This document shows, in pieces, positions 24,949 to 38,338 of a stretch of DNA of 64,000 nucleotides. Source of the stretch: Macrostomum hystrix (Eukaryota > Animalia > Platyhelminthes). How positions within the stretch are numbered: position 1 is the stretch's first letter; each line of letters begins with the position of its first letter. The position numbers and the translations under genes were made by a program. The DNA lies in NCBI GenBank assembly GCA_950097015.1, contig CATNEN010000038.1, forward strand, positions 12,896,001 through 12,960,000, in the 5' to 3' direction. The notes under the pieces were generated by a model. The model searched no databases. It was not told the DNA's origin and saw only the letters and a program-made list of their open reading frames with translations.

Positions 24949-27040
24949 CTAAAAACCCGCCTTTGAAAAGTCGAGTCCGACAACTACGTAGTTTTTTGTA
25001 TCACATCTCAGCTGCTCAAGCAGACACTTAAGTTTACTTTTGACTTCCTCTTTCATGCCGCTGTATGCTACGACAGTGAGCCGCTCAAGATTGGCGGGGG
25101 GAATAATCTCAGGTAGCAACTCATCTCCATCCTGAATTTCCATGTAGATTAGCAGTGAGCTGTGGCCGAGATTGGACTTGCTGAGCATTGCTTCGATGAT
25201 TTTGTTAAGACGATTATTGTCTTGAACTTTTTCAACCAAGATTAAAACTAGAAGCAAACCTGACTGGACACCGGATCCTATGATGCTTCTCAGTAAATCA
25301 GGGCAACCTTTAGAATCGGTCATGAGCTCAGATCGCACCTGAAAGCCAACGAGTTCGAGAAAATTCTGATAGTCCCGCACAGCATCCAACAGACCGGCTG
25401 TTATGAGGACGGCGAGCCCGGGAGAACCTATCGCAGTTTGGAAATTACTAGATTGTGTAATATTAGAATTAGATCACCACAAAGATATACAATGTAGAAA
25501 GAAAACAAGTGCTTAGAATTCTACCTATTGTCTCCTCGCCACGCTGACGCCGACCGCGACTCCGATCTACATCATCGGAGGATTCTGGCTTTTGATTTGG
25601 CTGTTCAGTGAAATCCGTCGTAGTTTCAGTTCCGCTGACAATACTATTTAGTGAAGTATAGAAATGCTTCCGATTCGCTGAAATAATTTAGCAAATGGAT
25701 TGCAGCAGGTTACATTCCGAGTCAGTTTTATCAAATTACCATCAATAAAATTTTACCTGTTCCCATGAATTTCGTTGTGTCAACTATGTAGAAGAGCTTT
25801 CTTGTTAGCACGCACCAGACCGGTACAACCGCAGTTCCTGTGGGTGCAACAGGTAATTTCTCATTAATTCGCGAAATCATTAATGCCACATCGCTAGTGG
25901 CTGCGTTGGCGATGAATGTTTCACAGATAGCACGGACCAGGGGGCTGCCATCATCACAATCGGTGCTAGTAGCTTCAGCCTGGCACCAAATCATGCCGCT
26001 TCTTGGAGGACTTTTTAAGTCCCCGTTTTTAATTCCTTGCTGCTTCCGCAACTTTTCCACAACATCTGGCAGAAAACGCATGAGCCCTGGAGGCACGTGA
26101 TCCGAGTCTCCATGCGGCTGGACTTCCCAGTGTTGCACAATGAGTAGTCTGGGCTTACCCTGAATCTTGTTGCTAGTTGCCATTGCCTCGGTGATTTTGT
26201 CTAGGCAACTGTGGTCCAGCCTCCGATCTGACAAAATAACTAAAGCGCACGAGTCGCCGTGAAATCCCGACTCTGCAAACTTTTTTACACAATCTTCAAC
26301 GTTTTTTAAATTGACGCATCGGTTTGTGCATCCTTAACTCTAAAAACTAAATTTTCAAACAGCGTTAAGAGGAGCGTCCAGTCAGCGTACATCAATTTAT
26401 TATTCCGAGTCCGATCAAGGTTCCGAATGATTAACGCCTGCGGTTTGTGCGCGTTGTCGCGTCTGTTTCTATAAATGAAACCAATTGAACTTTTCAGCGA
26501 TTCGTCAATTTTGTTTTAGAAAGTCTCAGCACCTTCAATTTTGGTTAGCCTATCGGATTCACAAGGCTTTATGATGTCTCTGATAAATTTCTTATTGTTT
26601 ACTCCTCTTACATTGAGCTCACAGTGCATATCAGATAGAATCTTTGACACACACTCGCGATCCAATAGCTCACCCTGCTGATCCTTCAGGTATGAAAATA
26701 ATTTCTCGATATCACTGAAAGGAGCGCCAATGGAGCGGAAATGATCGAGGATTTGTATTTGAAGTCAATATTGCTGAATTGTCTGCACAGTTCTTCGTCT
26801 CTTGAGTTTTCTTTACGCTCGTATTGGGTGCCGCAGCAGCAGCTGATCTACGAGCCGTACATCCTCTCGCAAAGATTTGCGGTACTCAAGAAAGTCTTTC
26901 AAGAAGCACAATGAGGTTTCATCGCAGAGGACAAAGCAGAAAACCTCTTGGACACAAGACGTGTACAGGTTTTGACACCGTGTTAGGCCGTTTTTATGTA
27001 GCGACTGCTCCACTTTGTTGTACAATAACTTAGCGTATAG
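24949..27040 (-). pseudogene. Upstream part of the caspase locus: N-terminal helical region plus two degenerate caspase-like domains, with lesions
   Basis: About 25757-26460: PQALIIRN...HGDSCALVILSD...GKPRLLIVQHW...GSPLVRAICE (no His/Cys; frameshift near 26315). About 24949-25447: PGLAVLIT...LVGFQV...LLLVLIL. In-frame TAG at 24949-24951 and further stops near 26750-26815. Confidence 0.6.
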
Positions 27041-28092
27041 GGTTCCAGTACCGAGAAACGTTCATTTTTGGCAAAGATCAACAGCAAATTTTTTTTGACT
27101 TTCTTGGTTTACTCACGAGATGAGTTTTCTGAAGTCGATGGGGGTAATCCTTCGAGTACTGAAATCATTAAATATGCATCATTGCTTTCTGTTCCTGACG
27201 CCAGGTTCTTCCACCATTTTGGAAACCACAGAAAAATTATAGAATTTTATTCATTTACTAGTAGTTGTAAACTTACTGATTCTTAGTATTAAGAATACTT
27301 ACATAAATATTTGCAGCAGCAGTAAATTTGCGAATGAAAAACACGCGAAATGCTTTTAAGCGACATGATGTCCAGATGAGCTCTGCATTGTCAAATTGAA
27401 TGAAATTGCTGCTGCAAGCAAGCCTTGAACTTGCATGCTAAGTCTGATCAGCTTAAAGTTGACATGGTAAGTATTGTCCTAAAGTTGACTGATGCGCACA
27501 TCAGTTTGCCTGTTGGCAAAAACAAGAGTGTCAAATTGGCAGCGCAGCTAAGTTTTGTCTCATACAATGGAGCAGGCTCTATTGGGAGAATAATGTAGAT
27601 TTATTTCATTAACATATCAGTAGGCTAAGCTGTAGGGTAATTTTATGTCTGATTGGTTGCTATTATGATTGGGAGTGAGAAAAGCACTGCCTGACAAATG
27701 TGAGTCTCACTACTCAGAATTCGGCCTCGTGGCCCAGTGCGCTAATTTCAATACGTTGCTGTAGCTGTAAAGTAGCAGACAGAAAAACTTTTTATAAGCT
27801 CTGTGTAATAATCGGTATGAAAAAAGAGAATTCCCTAGGTACATTAGAGTTTTTTCTACGACAGCATACAATAAAGTCTTTCAAGAAGCACAATGAGGTT
27901 TCATCACAGAGGACAAAGCAGATAACCTCTTGGACACAAGACGTGTACAGGTTTTGACACCGTGTTAGGCCGTTTTTATGTAGCGACTGCTCCACTTTGT
28001 TGTACAATAACTTAGCGTACATAGTACATAATTAGTACATAAAAGTTAATCTAGTTTATCTAGTTATAAAGACGACTTTATTACAGAAGGAT

Positions 28093-30430
28093 CTCCACAC
28101 GCCACATATGATTTATCACAGCCGCCCCCAGTTTCAGCCAGGAGCACTAAGAATCCACACGCCACATAGGATTTATCACAGCCGCCCCCAGTTTCAGCCA
28201 GGAGCACTAAGAATCCACACGCCACATATGATTTATCACAGCCGCCCCCAGTTTCAGCCAGGAGCACTAAGAATCCACACGCCACATAGGATTTATCACA
28301 GCCGCCATCAGTTTCAGCCAGGAGCACTAAGAATCCATCCGCCACATTGTATTTATCACAGCCGCCATCAGTTTCAGCCAGGAGCACTGAGAATCCATCC
28401 GCCACATTGTATTTATCACAGCCGCCATCAGTTTCAGCCAGGAGCACTAAGAATCCACACGCCACATAGGATTTATCACAGCCGCCATCAGTTTCAGCCA
28501 GGACACTAAGAATCCATCCGCCACATAGGATTTATCACAGCCGCCCCCAGTTTCAGCCAGGAGCACTAAGAATCCACACGCCACATAGGATTTATCACAG
28601 CCGCCATCAGTTTCAGCCAGGAGCACTAAGAATCCACACACCACATAGGATTTATCACAGCCGCCCACAGTTTCAGCCAGGAGCACTAAGAATCCACACG
28701 CCACATAGGATTTATCACAGCCGCCATCAGTTTCAGCCAGGAGCACTAAGAATCCATCCGCCACATTGTATTTATCACAGCCGCCATCAGTTTCAGCCAG
28801 GAGCACTGAGAATCCATCCGCCACATTGTATTTATCACAGCCGCCATCAGTTTCAGCCAGGAGCACTAAGAATCCACACGCCACATAGTATTTATCACAG
28901 CCGCCATCAGTTTCAGCCAGGAGCACTAAGAATCCACACGCCACATAGGATTTATCACAGCCGCCCCCAGTTTCAGCCAGGAGCACTAAGAATCCACACG
29001 CCACATAGGATTTATCACAGCCGCCATCAGTTTCAGCCAGGAGCACTAAGAATCCATCCGCCACATTGTATTTATCACAGCCGCCATCAGTTTCAGCCAG
29101 GAGCACTGAGAATCCATCCGCCACATAGTATTTATCACAGCCGCCATCAGTTTCAGCCAGGAGCACTAAGAATCCATCCGCCACATAGGATTTATCACAG
29201 CCGCCATCAGTTTCAGCCAGGAGCACTAAGAATCCATCCGCCACATAGTATTTATCACAGCCGCCATCAGTTTCAGCCAGGAGCACTAAGAATCCATCCG
29301 CCACATAGGATTTATCACAGCCGCCATCAGTTTCAGCCAGGAGCACTAAGAATCCACACGCCACATAGGATTTATCACAGCCGCCATCAGTTTCAGCCAG
29401 GAGCACTAAGAATCCACACGCCACATAGGATTTATCACAGCCGCCCACAGTTTCAGCCAGGAGCACTAAGAATCCACACGCCACATAGGATTTATCACAG
29501 CCGCCATCAGTTTCAGCCAGGAGCACTAAGAATCCACACGCCACATAGGATTTATCACAGCCGCCATCAGTTTCAGCCAGGAGCACTGAGAATCCATCCG
29601 CCACATAGTATTTATCACAGCCGCCATCAGTTTCAGCCAGGAGCACTAAGAATCCATCCGCCACATAGGATTTATCACAGCCGCCATCAGTTTCAGCCAG
29701 GAGCACTAAGAATCCATCCGCCACATAGTATTTATCACAGCCGCCATCAGTTTCAGCCAGGAGCACTAAGAATCCATCCGCCACATAGGATTTATCACAG
29801 CCGCCATCAGTTTCAGCCAGGAGCACTAAGAATCCACACGCCACATAGGATTTATCACAGCCGCCATCAGTTTCAGCCAGGAGCACTAAGAATCCACACG
29901 CCACATAGGATTTATCACAGCCGCCATCAGTTTCAGCCAGGAGCACTAAGAATCCACACGCCACATAGGATTTATCACAGCCGCCCACAGTTTCAGCCAG
30001 GAGCACTAAGAATCCACACGCCACATAGGATTTATCACAGCCGCCATCAGTTTCAGCCAGGAGCACTAAGAATCCACACGCCACATAGGATTTATCACAG
30101 CCGCCATCAGTTTCAGCCAGGAGCACTAAGAATCCACACGCCACATAGGATTTATCACAGCCGCCCACAGTTTCAGCCAGGAGCACTAAGAATCCACACG
30201 CCACATAGGATTTATCACAGCCGCCATCAGTTTCAGCCAGGAGCACTAAGAATCCACACGCCACATAGGATTTATCACAGCTGCCGACAGTTTCAGCCAG
30301 GAGCACTAAGAATCCACACGCCACATAGGATTTATCACAGCCGCCATCAGTTTCAGCCAGGACACTAAGAATCCATCCGCCACATAGGATTTATCACAGC
30401 CGCCCCCAGTTTCAGCCAGGAGCACTAAGA
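28093..30430. repeat. 60-bp tandem satellite, ~39 copies
   Basis: Unit gagcactaagaatccacacgccacataggatttatcacagccgccatcagtttcagccag, with a few variant positions and two 59-bp units (near 28501 and 30361). Confidence 0.97.
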
Positions 30431-30981
30431 AGCTGCTGCCGCAGAGGCTCTGCAGCTGAAAGTGCACCTCGTGAATCATCAGCTCGCATTGACATAAGCT
30501 GTCTGTCTGGCTTACCTAACGACAAGTTAGCGAGGTTTCCCCTTCTGTTTTACACCGAGGCAATCAAACTAAGCTACCTAGAATCCGAAAGATAAGGCAA
30601 GCTCAAAGTCATCATTCCCTAACTGCTGCAGCCAATTAGAACGGAATATCCTTCGTCCAGCTGTCCTGTACCCCTGTACCACGGTACGGCTGTCCAGATC
30701 AACAGCACTTCAAGACTTGCACTGCGAGGTTTTGGTACGCCTGTACCATTTATCCATGGGTGGAACTAGCAAAATGTTTACTCGTATATTTATTATAAAA
30801 TGAATATATTTATATGCTAACTACAGCCTTGAACTTAGAGACTAATAGTTTTGCTGATTGGTACATCATTCCTTTTTCGAATATCCACCAGCGATTTGCG
30901 AAAGAAGTGAGTTTTCTCGCTAGACAAAAGGCAAAACGCTGAGCTCCGGTCGAGCATTAATTTCCGGCCTCATTATCGCAA

Positions 30982-33900
30982 CTACAACGCAGTCATTGAG
31001 GGCATTGCCGTGCTGTTAAGCAAGGCGGTGACGGCTGCTTTGTTGGCCCAGGACGGATACTCATACAGCTTGAAAATTCCCGGAGCGTAGGACAGTGTTG
31101 CTATGGAAACGATTGAGTTTGACATCAGCGTCATCATCGAGCCAGTGCGGAGCTAGAAGGGCCGGATAGAGGTGTCACTGTTGCTAAAGTAACAATCACT
31201 GAGAACAGAGACTTAGGCTAGTGACAGATCACTTCTGACATAAATGTGTAATTTGCACCAGCTGCTCACCATGTCGAAGGCGGTGAGATAGCCCCTAGAG
31301 TAGACCATTATGTTGGCCGGGGTTGAGATCGGCAGGATGAAGGCGAACGAGCAAGAGGCAGTGCAGCAGAGCATCAGGTAGAATGGGTGCACCCGCAGGC
31401 GCTCGCTCTGTGGTTTTTAAGGTAGAAACAGGTGTTGGACTTCTTAAAGACACCGATTAGAATTCTTAGAATGAGGATCCCACTCAGCCGATCCCCACTG
31501 CAGATCCCACTCAGCCAATCCCCACTGCAGATCCCACTAAGCCAATCCCCACTGCAGATCCCACTCTGCCAATCCCCACTGCAGATCCCCACTGCAAATC
31601 CTACTCAGCCAATCCCCACTGCAGATCCCACTCAGCTAATCCCCACTGCAAATCCCACTCAGCCAATCCACACTGCAGATCCCACTCAGCCAATCCCCAC
31701 TGCATATCCCACTCAGCCGATCCCCACTGCAGATCCCACACATGCAATCCCTACTGCAGATCCCACTCAGCCAATCCCCACTGCAGATCCCACTCAGCCA
31801 ATCCCAAAGCTCACAAAGCTGGCCAGAATGGGCAGAAGAATGGTGGCGGCGGCACCGTTGGAGGTGAGCTCCGTGAGAATGGCCGAACAGAAGCTGAAGA
31901 TGAAGACCAAAGCTTCCAGCGGGATGACGTGAAGCACGTACAGCTGCTTGCCGATCCAATCAGAGAGGCCGGATTCCTAAACAGTTGGGTTGAGTTGCAT
32001 ATTCATATGAGTTTATGCTATCAAAAATTCAGCTGAAAATGACACGGATTTTCAGTGTTCAAACCTTGGACGTCTCAGCTAGAGCCAGTCCGCTGCCAAG
32101 CATGAGCACAATGTGCCAGGCCACTCGTTCCTGCATTAGCTTCCAGTTCATTAACTTGTCCGGCTTTTCCACCACCAGCTGCACCTGAATGTCGTCCGTG
32201 ACGGCCACATCGTAAACCGTTGAGGCGTGCGATCGGCTGACTGGGCGGTGGCAGAAGGCGGCGAATGGGTTGCGGGAGGGGAGCAGGAACAGCAGAATGG
32301 CCGACATGATGGCCGGCTGGGCGTCGCTCATATAGGACACGACGCGATTGTTTTTGTCCTTGCCGCGGAAGAGCGCCGTCCAGCCCGGGACGCCCGGCTC
32401 GCGCGAGATCCACAGGCCGATGGTCACAGCGAAGAGAACCAGCACAAGGATCTCGGCAAAGCTGCAAACAATGGTCGAGCAGGCTTTGATGATGTTTGAG
32501 TAGGCTTTTGTGAAGTTAGGAGATTTTTTAAGTAGGTGTTTGGTTTGAGAAGGCTTTGCTGATTTGAGTAGGATTTGATCTGAGTAGGTTGTAGCATTCT
32601 GAGTTGGCTTCTATGGGTGAGGCAGGGCTCATTGGTCACACTCACGAGATGGGGCCCAGCTGCTCGTACTCCTTGACCAGGCCCTGCTTGATGCGGTCCT
32701 CGTCACTCTTGGGAATCTTCTTGGGCCGGATGAGGGAGCGCAGGCCGAGAAAGCTGATCTGCAGCCAGAGCCAGCTGAGGCCCAGGCAGACAATGGACAC
32801 GGGCATGGCGTAGAACATCCAGCTGCTGTAGTTGAAGCTGGTCTCCGAGCCGAAGTACTCCTGCACGATGCCGTTGAAGATAACGTTCGGCGAGGTGCCA
32901 GTGACGGTGGCGACTCCGCCGAACACGGCGCCGTAGGACACGGACAGCATGATCATCTTGCAGGTGCCGCGGAACTCCGCATTCCTTGGGTCGGCCAGGA
33001 AGTCCTGCGTGAAGGAGGATGCTTGATGCGTGATGAACTTCAAAACCCAACTCAGCCAATCCCCACTGCAGATCCCACAGACAAATTCCCACTGTTGATC
33101 CCACCCAACCCACACCCCATTCCAGTCCCACACAGCCCACACCCCAGTCCAGTCCCACACAGTCTACACTGAAGTCCAGTCCCACACAGTCCACACCCCA
33201 GTCCAGTCCCACACAGTCCACACCCCATTCCAGTCCCACACAGTCCACACCCAGTCCAGTCCCACACAGTCCACACCCCATTCCAGTCCCACACAGTCCA
33301 CACCCCAGTCCAGTCCCACACAGTCCACACCCCAGTCCAGTCCCACACAGTCCACACCCCAGTCCAGTCCCACACAGTCCACACCCCAGTTCAGTCCCAC
33401 ACAGTCCACACCCCAGTCCAGTCCCACACAGTCCACACCCCAGTTCAGTCCCACACAGTCCACACCCCAGTCCAGTCCCACACAGTCCACACCCCAGTCC
33501 AGTCCCACACAGTCCACACCCCAGTTCAGTCCCACACAGTCCACACCCCAGTCCAGTCCCACACAGTCCACACCCCAGTTCAGTCCCACACAGTCCACAC
33601 CCCAGTCCAGTCCCACACAGTCCACACCCCAGTCCAGTCCCACACAGTCCACACCCCAGTTCAGTCCCACACAGTCCACACCCCAGTTCAGTCCCACACA
33701 GTCCACACCCCAGTTCAGTCCCACACAGTCCACACCCCAGTCCAGTCCCACACAGTCCACACCCCAGTTCAGTCCCACACAGTCCACACCCCAGTCCAGT
33801 CCCACACAGTCCACACCCCAGTCCAGTCCCACACAGTCCACACCCCAGTTCAGTCCCACACAGTCCACACCCCAGTTCAGTCCCACACAGTCCACACCCC

Positions 33901-36900
33901 AGTCCAGTCCCACACAGTCCACACCCCAGTTCAGTCCCACACAGCCCACAGCCCAGTCCAGTCCCACACAGTCCAAACCCCATTCCAGTCCCACACAGCC
34001 CACACCCCAGTCCCACCTTCATTGGCAGGTCCAGCGCTGGGTCGTGCGCCGTCTCCGCCTGTCTTTCGGCGCTTTCCGCCACGTCCTGCAGCTGGCATTC
34101 GCCCGGCTCGCCGGAGTAGCAGTTGTTGACGGCGGCAGCCGCCTTCTTGTCGCTCGGTCCGCCGCTGGGCTGGAAGTGCTTCCGCAGCTCCAGCAGCACC
34201 GCCTCAGCAATTGGAATCATCATGGCCGTCGTCGCCGTGTTCGAGATCCACATTGACAGCAGCCAGGTGGGGATCAGGAAACCGAAAAGCAACCTGGCAG
34301 GGCGACAGGTCATTGAGGCATGTAGGGGATTTGGGAATCTGGGAGATGTCTCTCTGGGGATTAGTATCTGCAACCCAGTAAAAAACTCCTACCCTTTCTC
34401 GCAGAGTGCGATGGGATGGGGAATTGTGGTGTAAGAATACATTGGGATGGAAATCTGGTGAATGAGGAACTGGGGAAATAGGGATACGCAGAAATCAGGT
34501 TGGGTAAAAAAGAGTATCTGGAAACGAGGATCTTAGAAATGGAGATCTAGGGAATATTTTTCAGAGGGGAATGGGTTTCTAGTGATGGAGAGCTGATCAT
34601 GTGAGAATGGGGATCTGGGGACTTAAGTATTGAGAGCCTAGTGTTGTGATGGGAATATGAAGAATTACAATTTGAATTGGTTCCAGCCGTGTTTTGCAGT
34701 TAGTTCGGATATAAAATCCTGTCTGTATAAAATAGGGCTCTGAGGTTTCGGGTGATAATAAATATAGCTTAGACTTTTTATTTTTTCTAACGCTTAAGAA
34801 AATTACCCAAACTCGCTACTGTCAGTGAAACCAGGCAGAAAAAAAAGTTTTTTTAAGCAGGTTTGAGAAAACTGTTAACCTTTCACGTGAAATGTAAAAT
34901 GTCAAAGTAAAAAGGCTGTTCATGCGACACTATGCGCTAGCAATAAAAAATTAATTCCCATATTAACATGCCAGACATAAGTGACAGAGGCAGTGACCTG
35001 TCTCCAAACCGATCATCACTCCAGTTAGAAATCTGGTAAGCATATAACAGCACCTGACGCGTTGGCATGGCGACGAGTTTAACGGAAAATTATGGCTTTT
35101 TCAACTTGTCTAATCCGACTGTACCCAGATCGCGGTGGTCAGAATTGAGTTGCAGGTTAAATGTTTACCTGATATTGAATATGGCTCAAACGGTATAATA
35201 TGAATTAGCATTTATCTGGTAGGGCAGTAGCGCCAGTTTGCGGGTCAGTTGTCGGTAACTGGTCATAAACAATTATCATAACTTATCATATTAGTATTCA
35301 TGGAACTCTAGCAGTCACGACAAATCCCATTTGAATAGACGAATCGCTTAGCGCAACATTAAAGTTTGCAATGATATGCTTCGACCATCGACCAGTCAGT
35401 TCTGGCTGGCTTAACAAATTTGAAACTATGCCATTGTTAATAGTGCATCTCACCAGCGAGGCTGCACGCCAAACATGATGAGCACCTTCAGCGCGATCCG
35501 CTTGTGCAGATCCCAAACCTCGATTGATACGGCCAGGATTAAGCCGCCCAGAAACAGCATATTTGAGTCCTGCCGTCGTGGGTGCGCGATTGGAGCATTT
35601 TTTAGACAATTATGGGCGCATTTGGACGGAGTGGAAGGCTAGGCAATGCCATTGATACAGTGACTTTGTTGGAGACAATGAGAGAGATTGATAGGAAGCA
35701 CTGAGAGTGATTGATAGGAAGCACTGAGAGTGATTGATAGGAAGCACTGAGAGATTGATAGGAAGCACTGAGAGAGATTGATAGGAAGCACTGAGAGTGA
35801 TTGATAGGAAGCACTGAGAGTTATTGATAGGAAGCACTGAGAGTGACAGATAGAGACGCACTGAGAGTGACAGATAGAGACGCACTGCGAGTTATTGATA
35901 GAAAGCACTGAGAGTGACAGATAGAGACGCACTGAGAGTGACAGATAGAGACGCACTGAGAGTGACAGATAGAGACGCACTGAGAGTGACAGATAGAGAC
36001 GCACTGCGAGTTATTGATAGAAAGCACTGGGAGTGACGGAGACGCACTGAGAGTGACAGATAGAGACGCACTGAGAGTGACAGATAGAGACGCACTGCGA
36101 GTTATTGATAGAAAGCACTGGGAGTGACGGAGACGCACTGAGAGTGACAGATAGAGATGCACTGAGAGTGACAGATAGAGACGCACTGAGAGTGACAGAT
36201 AGAGACGCACTGAGAGTGACAGATAGAGACGCACTGAGAGTGACAGATAGAGATGCACTGAGAGTGACAGATAGAGACGCACTGAGAGTGACAGATAGAG
36301 ACGCACTGAGAGTGACAGATAGAGATGCACTGAGAGTGACAGATAGAGACGCACTGAGAGTGACAGATAGAGACGCACTGAGAGTGACAGATTATGGCAG
36401 ATAGGGAGACCATAGGAATAACAAAGGGAGTTACGTGACATGGGGAATCGACAGTGACAGATAAACCACTGAGTGACAGGGGCACTGAGAGTGACAAACA
36501 ATCAGGCTAGCCATTTGGCTGTACCTTGAAGTAGGCGGGACAGATGTCCTTGCTGGGCAGGATGCCAAACAGTGGCACCAGCACAACGGGAAACAGAGCC
36601 GTGATGCCCAGCGGCACCACTTCGAAGTTCCAGTAGAAGGACATCAGAATCAGGATGTACCCCGCCTTGGCCTCCTGAGTAAAATTTGGATTTCTATCTC
36701 ATTGTTAAACTCAAAGATCCAATTTCGGGATCCACTGTTTCCCCATCATACCTTGGTACCAATGCAGAACAGTAGAGGCAGCAGGGCGATTGGAATGCCA
36801 AACATGATGCACTGCACCCGGTAGGCGTAGATGACCTTCGCCGTGGTGCGTAGAGACCGACCGAGAGTGCGCAGGACTCCGGATGGTCGCTGCTCGTCAT

Positions 36901-36904
36901 CCAT
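30982..36904 (-). CDS. SLC13A: SLC13 family Na+/dicarboxylate-citrate cotransporter (INDY-like)
   Basis: Exons approx. 36752-36904 (MDDEQRP...), 36526-36674 ([27 protein letters not shown]), 35453-35569 (NMLFLGG...[10 protein letters not shown]), 34018-34293 ([17 protein letters not shown]), 32646-33003 ([12 protein letters not shown]), 32066-32460, 31816-31976 ([10 protein letters not shown]), 31271-31400 ([13 protein letters not shown]) and 30982-31152. Confidence 0.92.
31475..31806. repeat. 27-bp tandem repeat in an SLC13 intron
   Basis: Unit gatcccactcagccaatccccactgca; a single related copy also occurs at about 33050-33078. Confidence 0.92.
33105..34015. repeat. 25-bp tandem repeat (~36 copies) filling an SLC13 intron
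   Basis: Unit cagtcccacacagtccacaccccagt(c/t); the array abuts the splice donor at about 34017. Confidence 0.97.
35682..36391. repeat. 24-bp tandem repeat in an SLC13 intron
   Basis: Two related units, gcactgagagtgacagatagagac and gcactgagagtgattgataggaa. Confidence 0.95.
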
Positions 36905-37785
36905 TCGGATTAAGTTATCTGTTTTGAAAAGGCCGGTTTCGATGTCGATACACGTGTGCGACTAGCTGCGGATTCCGCGGGCCGTTTGCCTGTATATGTA
37001 AAGCGATATCAACTGAATAATTTATTCCTCTCCTCTAGGGCAGTGCACCGAAGGCCATAGTCGCTCACCTGCGATTGGCTCAGGGCAAGCAAAAGGTGAA
37101 GCACTCCTTAATGGGCAAGACATTGGCAGTTGGGCTGCCATTTCTGTAAGGAAAGGTATTCCTCAGGCTGGAAAAATCCCTAAGTTAATAAATTTACTCG
37201 CGCATCTATCTTCGACACGTTATCATCATGAGGCAGTCTCATTGTGCTTTTGGAATCGGCCATAAGAAGCGCAAATCGCAATCTGTGAAAAGCAGGGCAG
37301 GCTAAACGAATGCAAGCTGATATCAACCTAGACCATGTTGTTACATACTGCACTTGACACGAGAGCAGAGAGAGGGTCTCGTTTGTAGGGTTGCTGGCAA
37401 CAATTCTTTTCGATAAACTGCGCCATTAATGGCGAAAAGCAATGGCGGATCTAACTTAGCCGAGAATCATTTGTGAGCATTCCTAAACTCCTTCATGAGT
37501 GTAAATGGCGCACAGTTGCCTCATCTTGCAGAAAGAATGCGAACCAGCTACTTGAATTTGCACTTTATGCTGACCTGATTTTTTATTACCAGCTTTAACA
37601 GCCAATGTACATATTCGAAGCGTCAAAGTGCTCACAACACAGATAGTAACGCCCGTTGCGGGCCGTATGGCCACGATAAACAGCCTTTTTTATAGTCACG
37701 GTTACTGACGGTGAGCTTCAGACGGGCCCTGGAAATGGACCTGGTAGTGGGGATTGTAGAGCATAGTAGTGAACATTGTAGAGCG

Positions 37786-37922
37786 CTCACTACCAAGCCT
37801 TCTACAATGCTCACTACCAAGCCTTCTACTCGTACAATGCTCACTACAAAGCCTTCTACAATGCTCACTACTAAGTCCTCTACAATGCTCACTACTAAGT
37901 CCTCTACAATGCTCACTACCAA
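37786..37922. repeat. ~24-bp tandem repeat
   Basis: Unit ctcactaccaagccttctacaatg-like. Confidence 0.85.
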
Positions 37923-38338
37923 GTCGCAATCATTACATTATAGTGTTTTTACAAGCAGTGCTAATGAAGGTTAAAAGACTAGACAAAAAATAAATGGATT
38001 TTTTGGCTGGAGAGACCAAGTTCTATTAGAATCACATCTCATTGCTGCTACTGAAAAGTGAAATCAGCGAGTAGAAGCAAGCACGGTTGAATAACAAAAA
38101 CTGTATTTATTAACATGAAGTGCAAGCTAAACATAATAAACAACATTTTAAACGCATTCAAAGTTAAAGTTAGGATTAATTTTTAGGCAACAATGACAAT
38201 AGGTTTCCCGTTAAATCGATTCAGAACCCCTGCTTCTTTGTTTCAGTTATAACTTCGAGTTGCACTTATGGAGTTCAGACTTTAAGATCAATCTACGCTT
38301 TTATGAAGGATTTTAAGACTCTTAGCTGGATCTATAGG

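Noticed and set aside
28093-30430. CRISPR array, or a real 625-aa repeat protein
   Set aside because: Units are contiguous 60-mers with no unique spacers, there are no cas genes and the context is eukaryotic; the ORF follows from the unit length and is broken by 1-bp deletions.
32703-34373. 556-aa Cys/Gly-rich metallothionein- or keratin-like ORF
   Set aside because: It is an SLC13 exon read through into an intronic 25-bp array.
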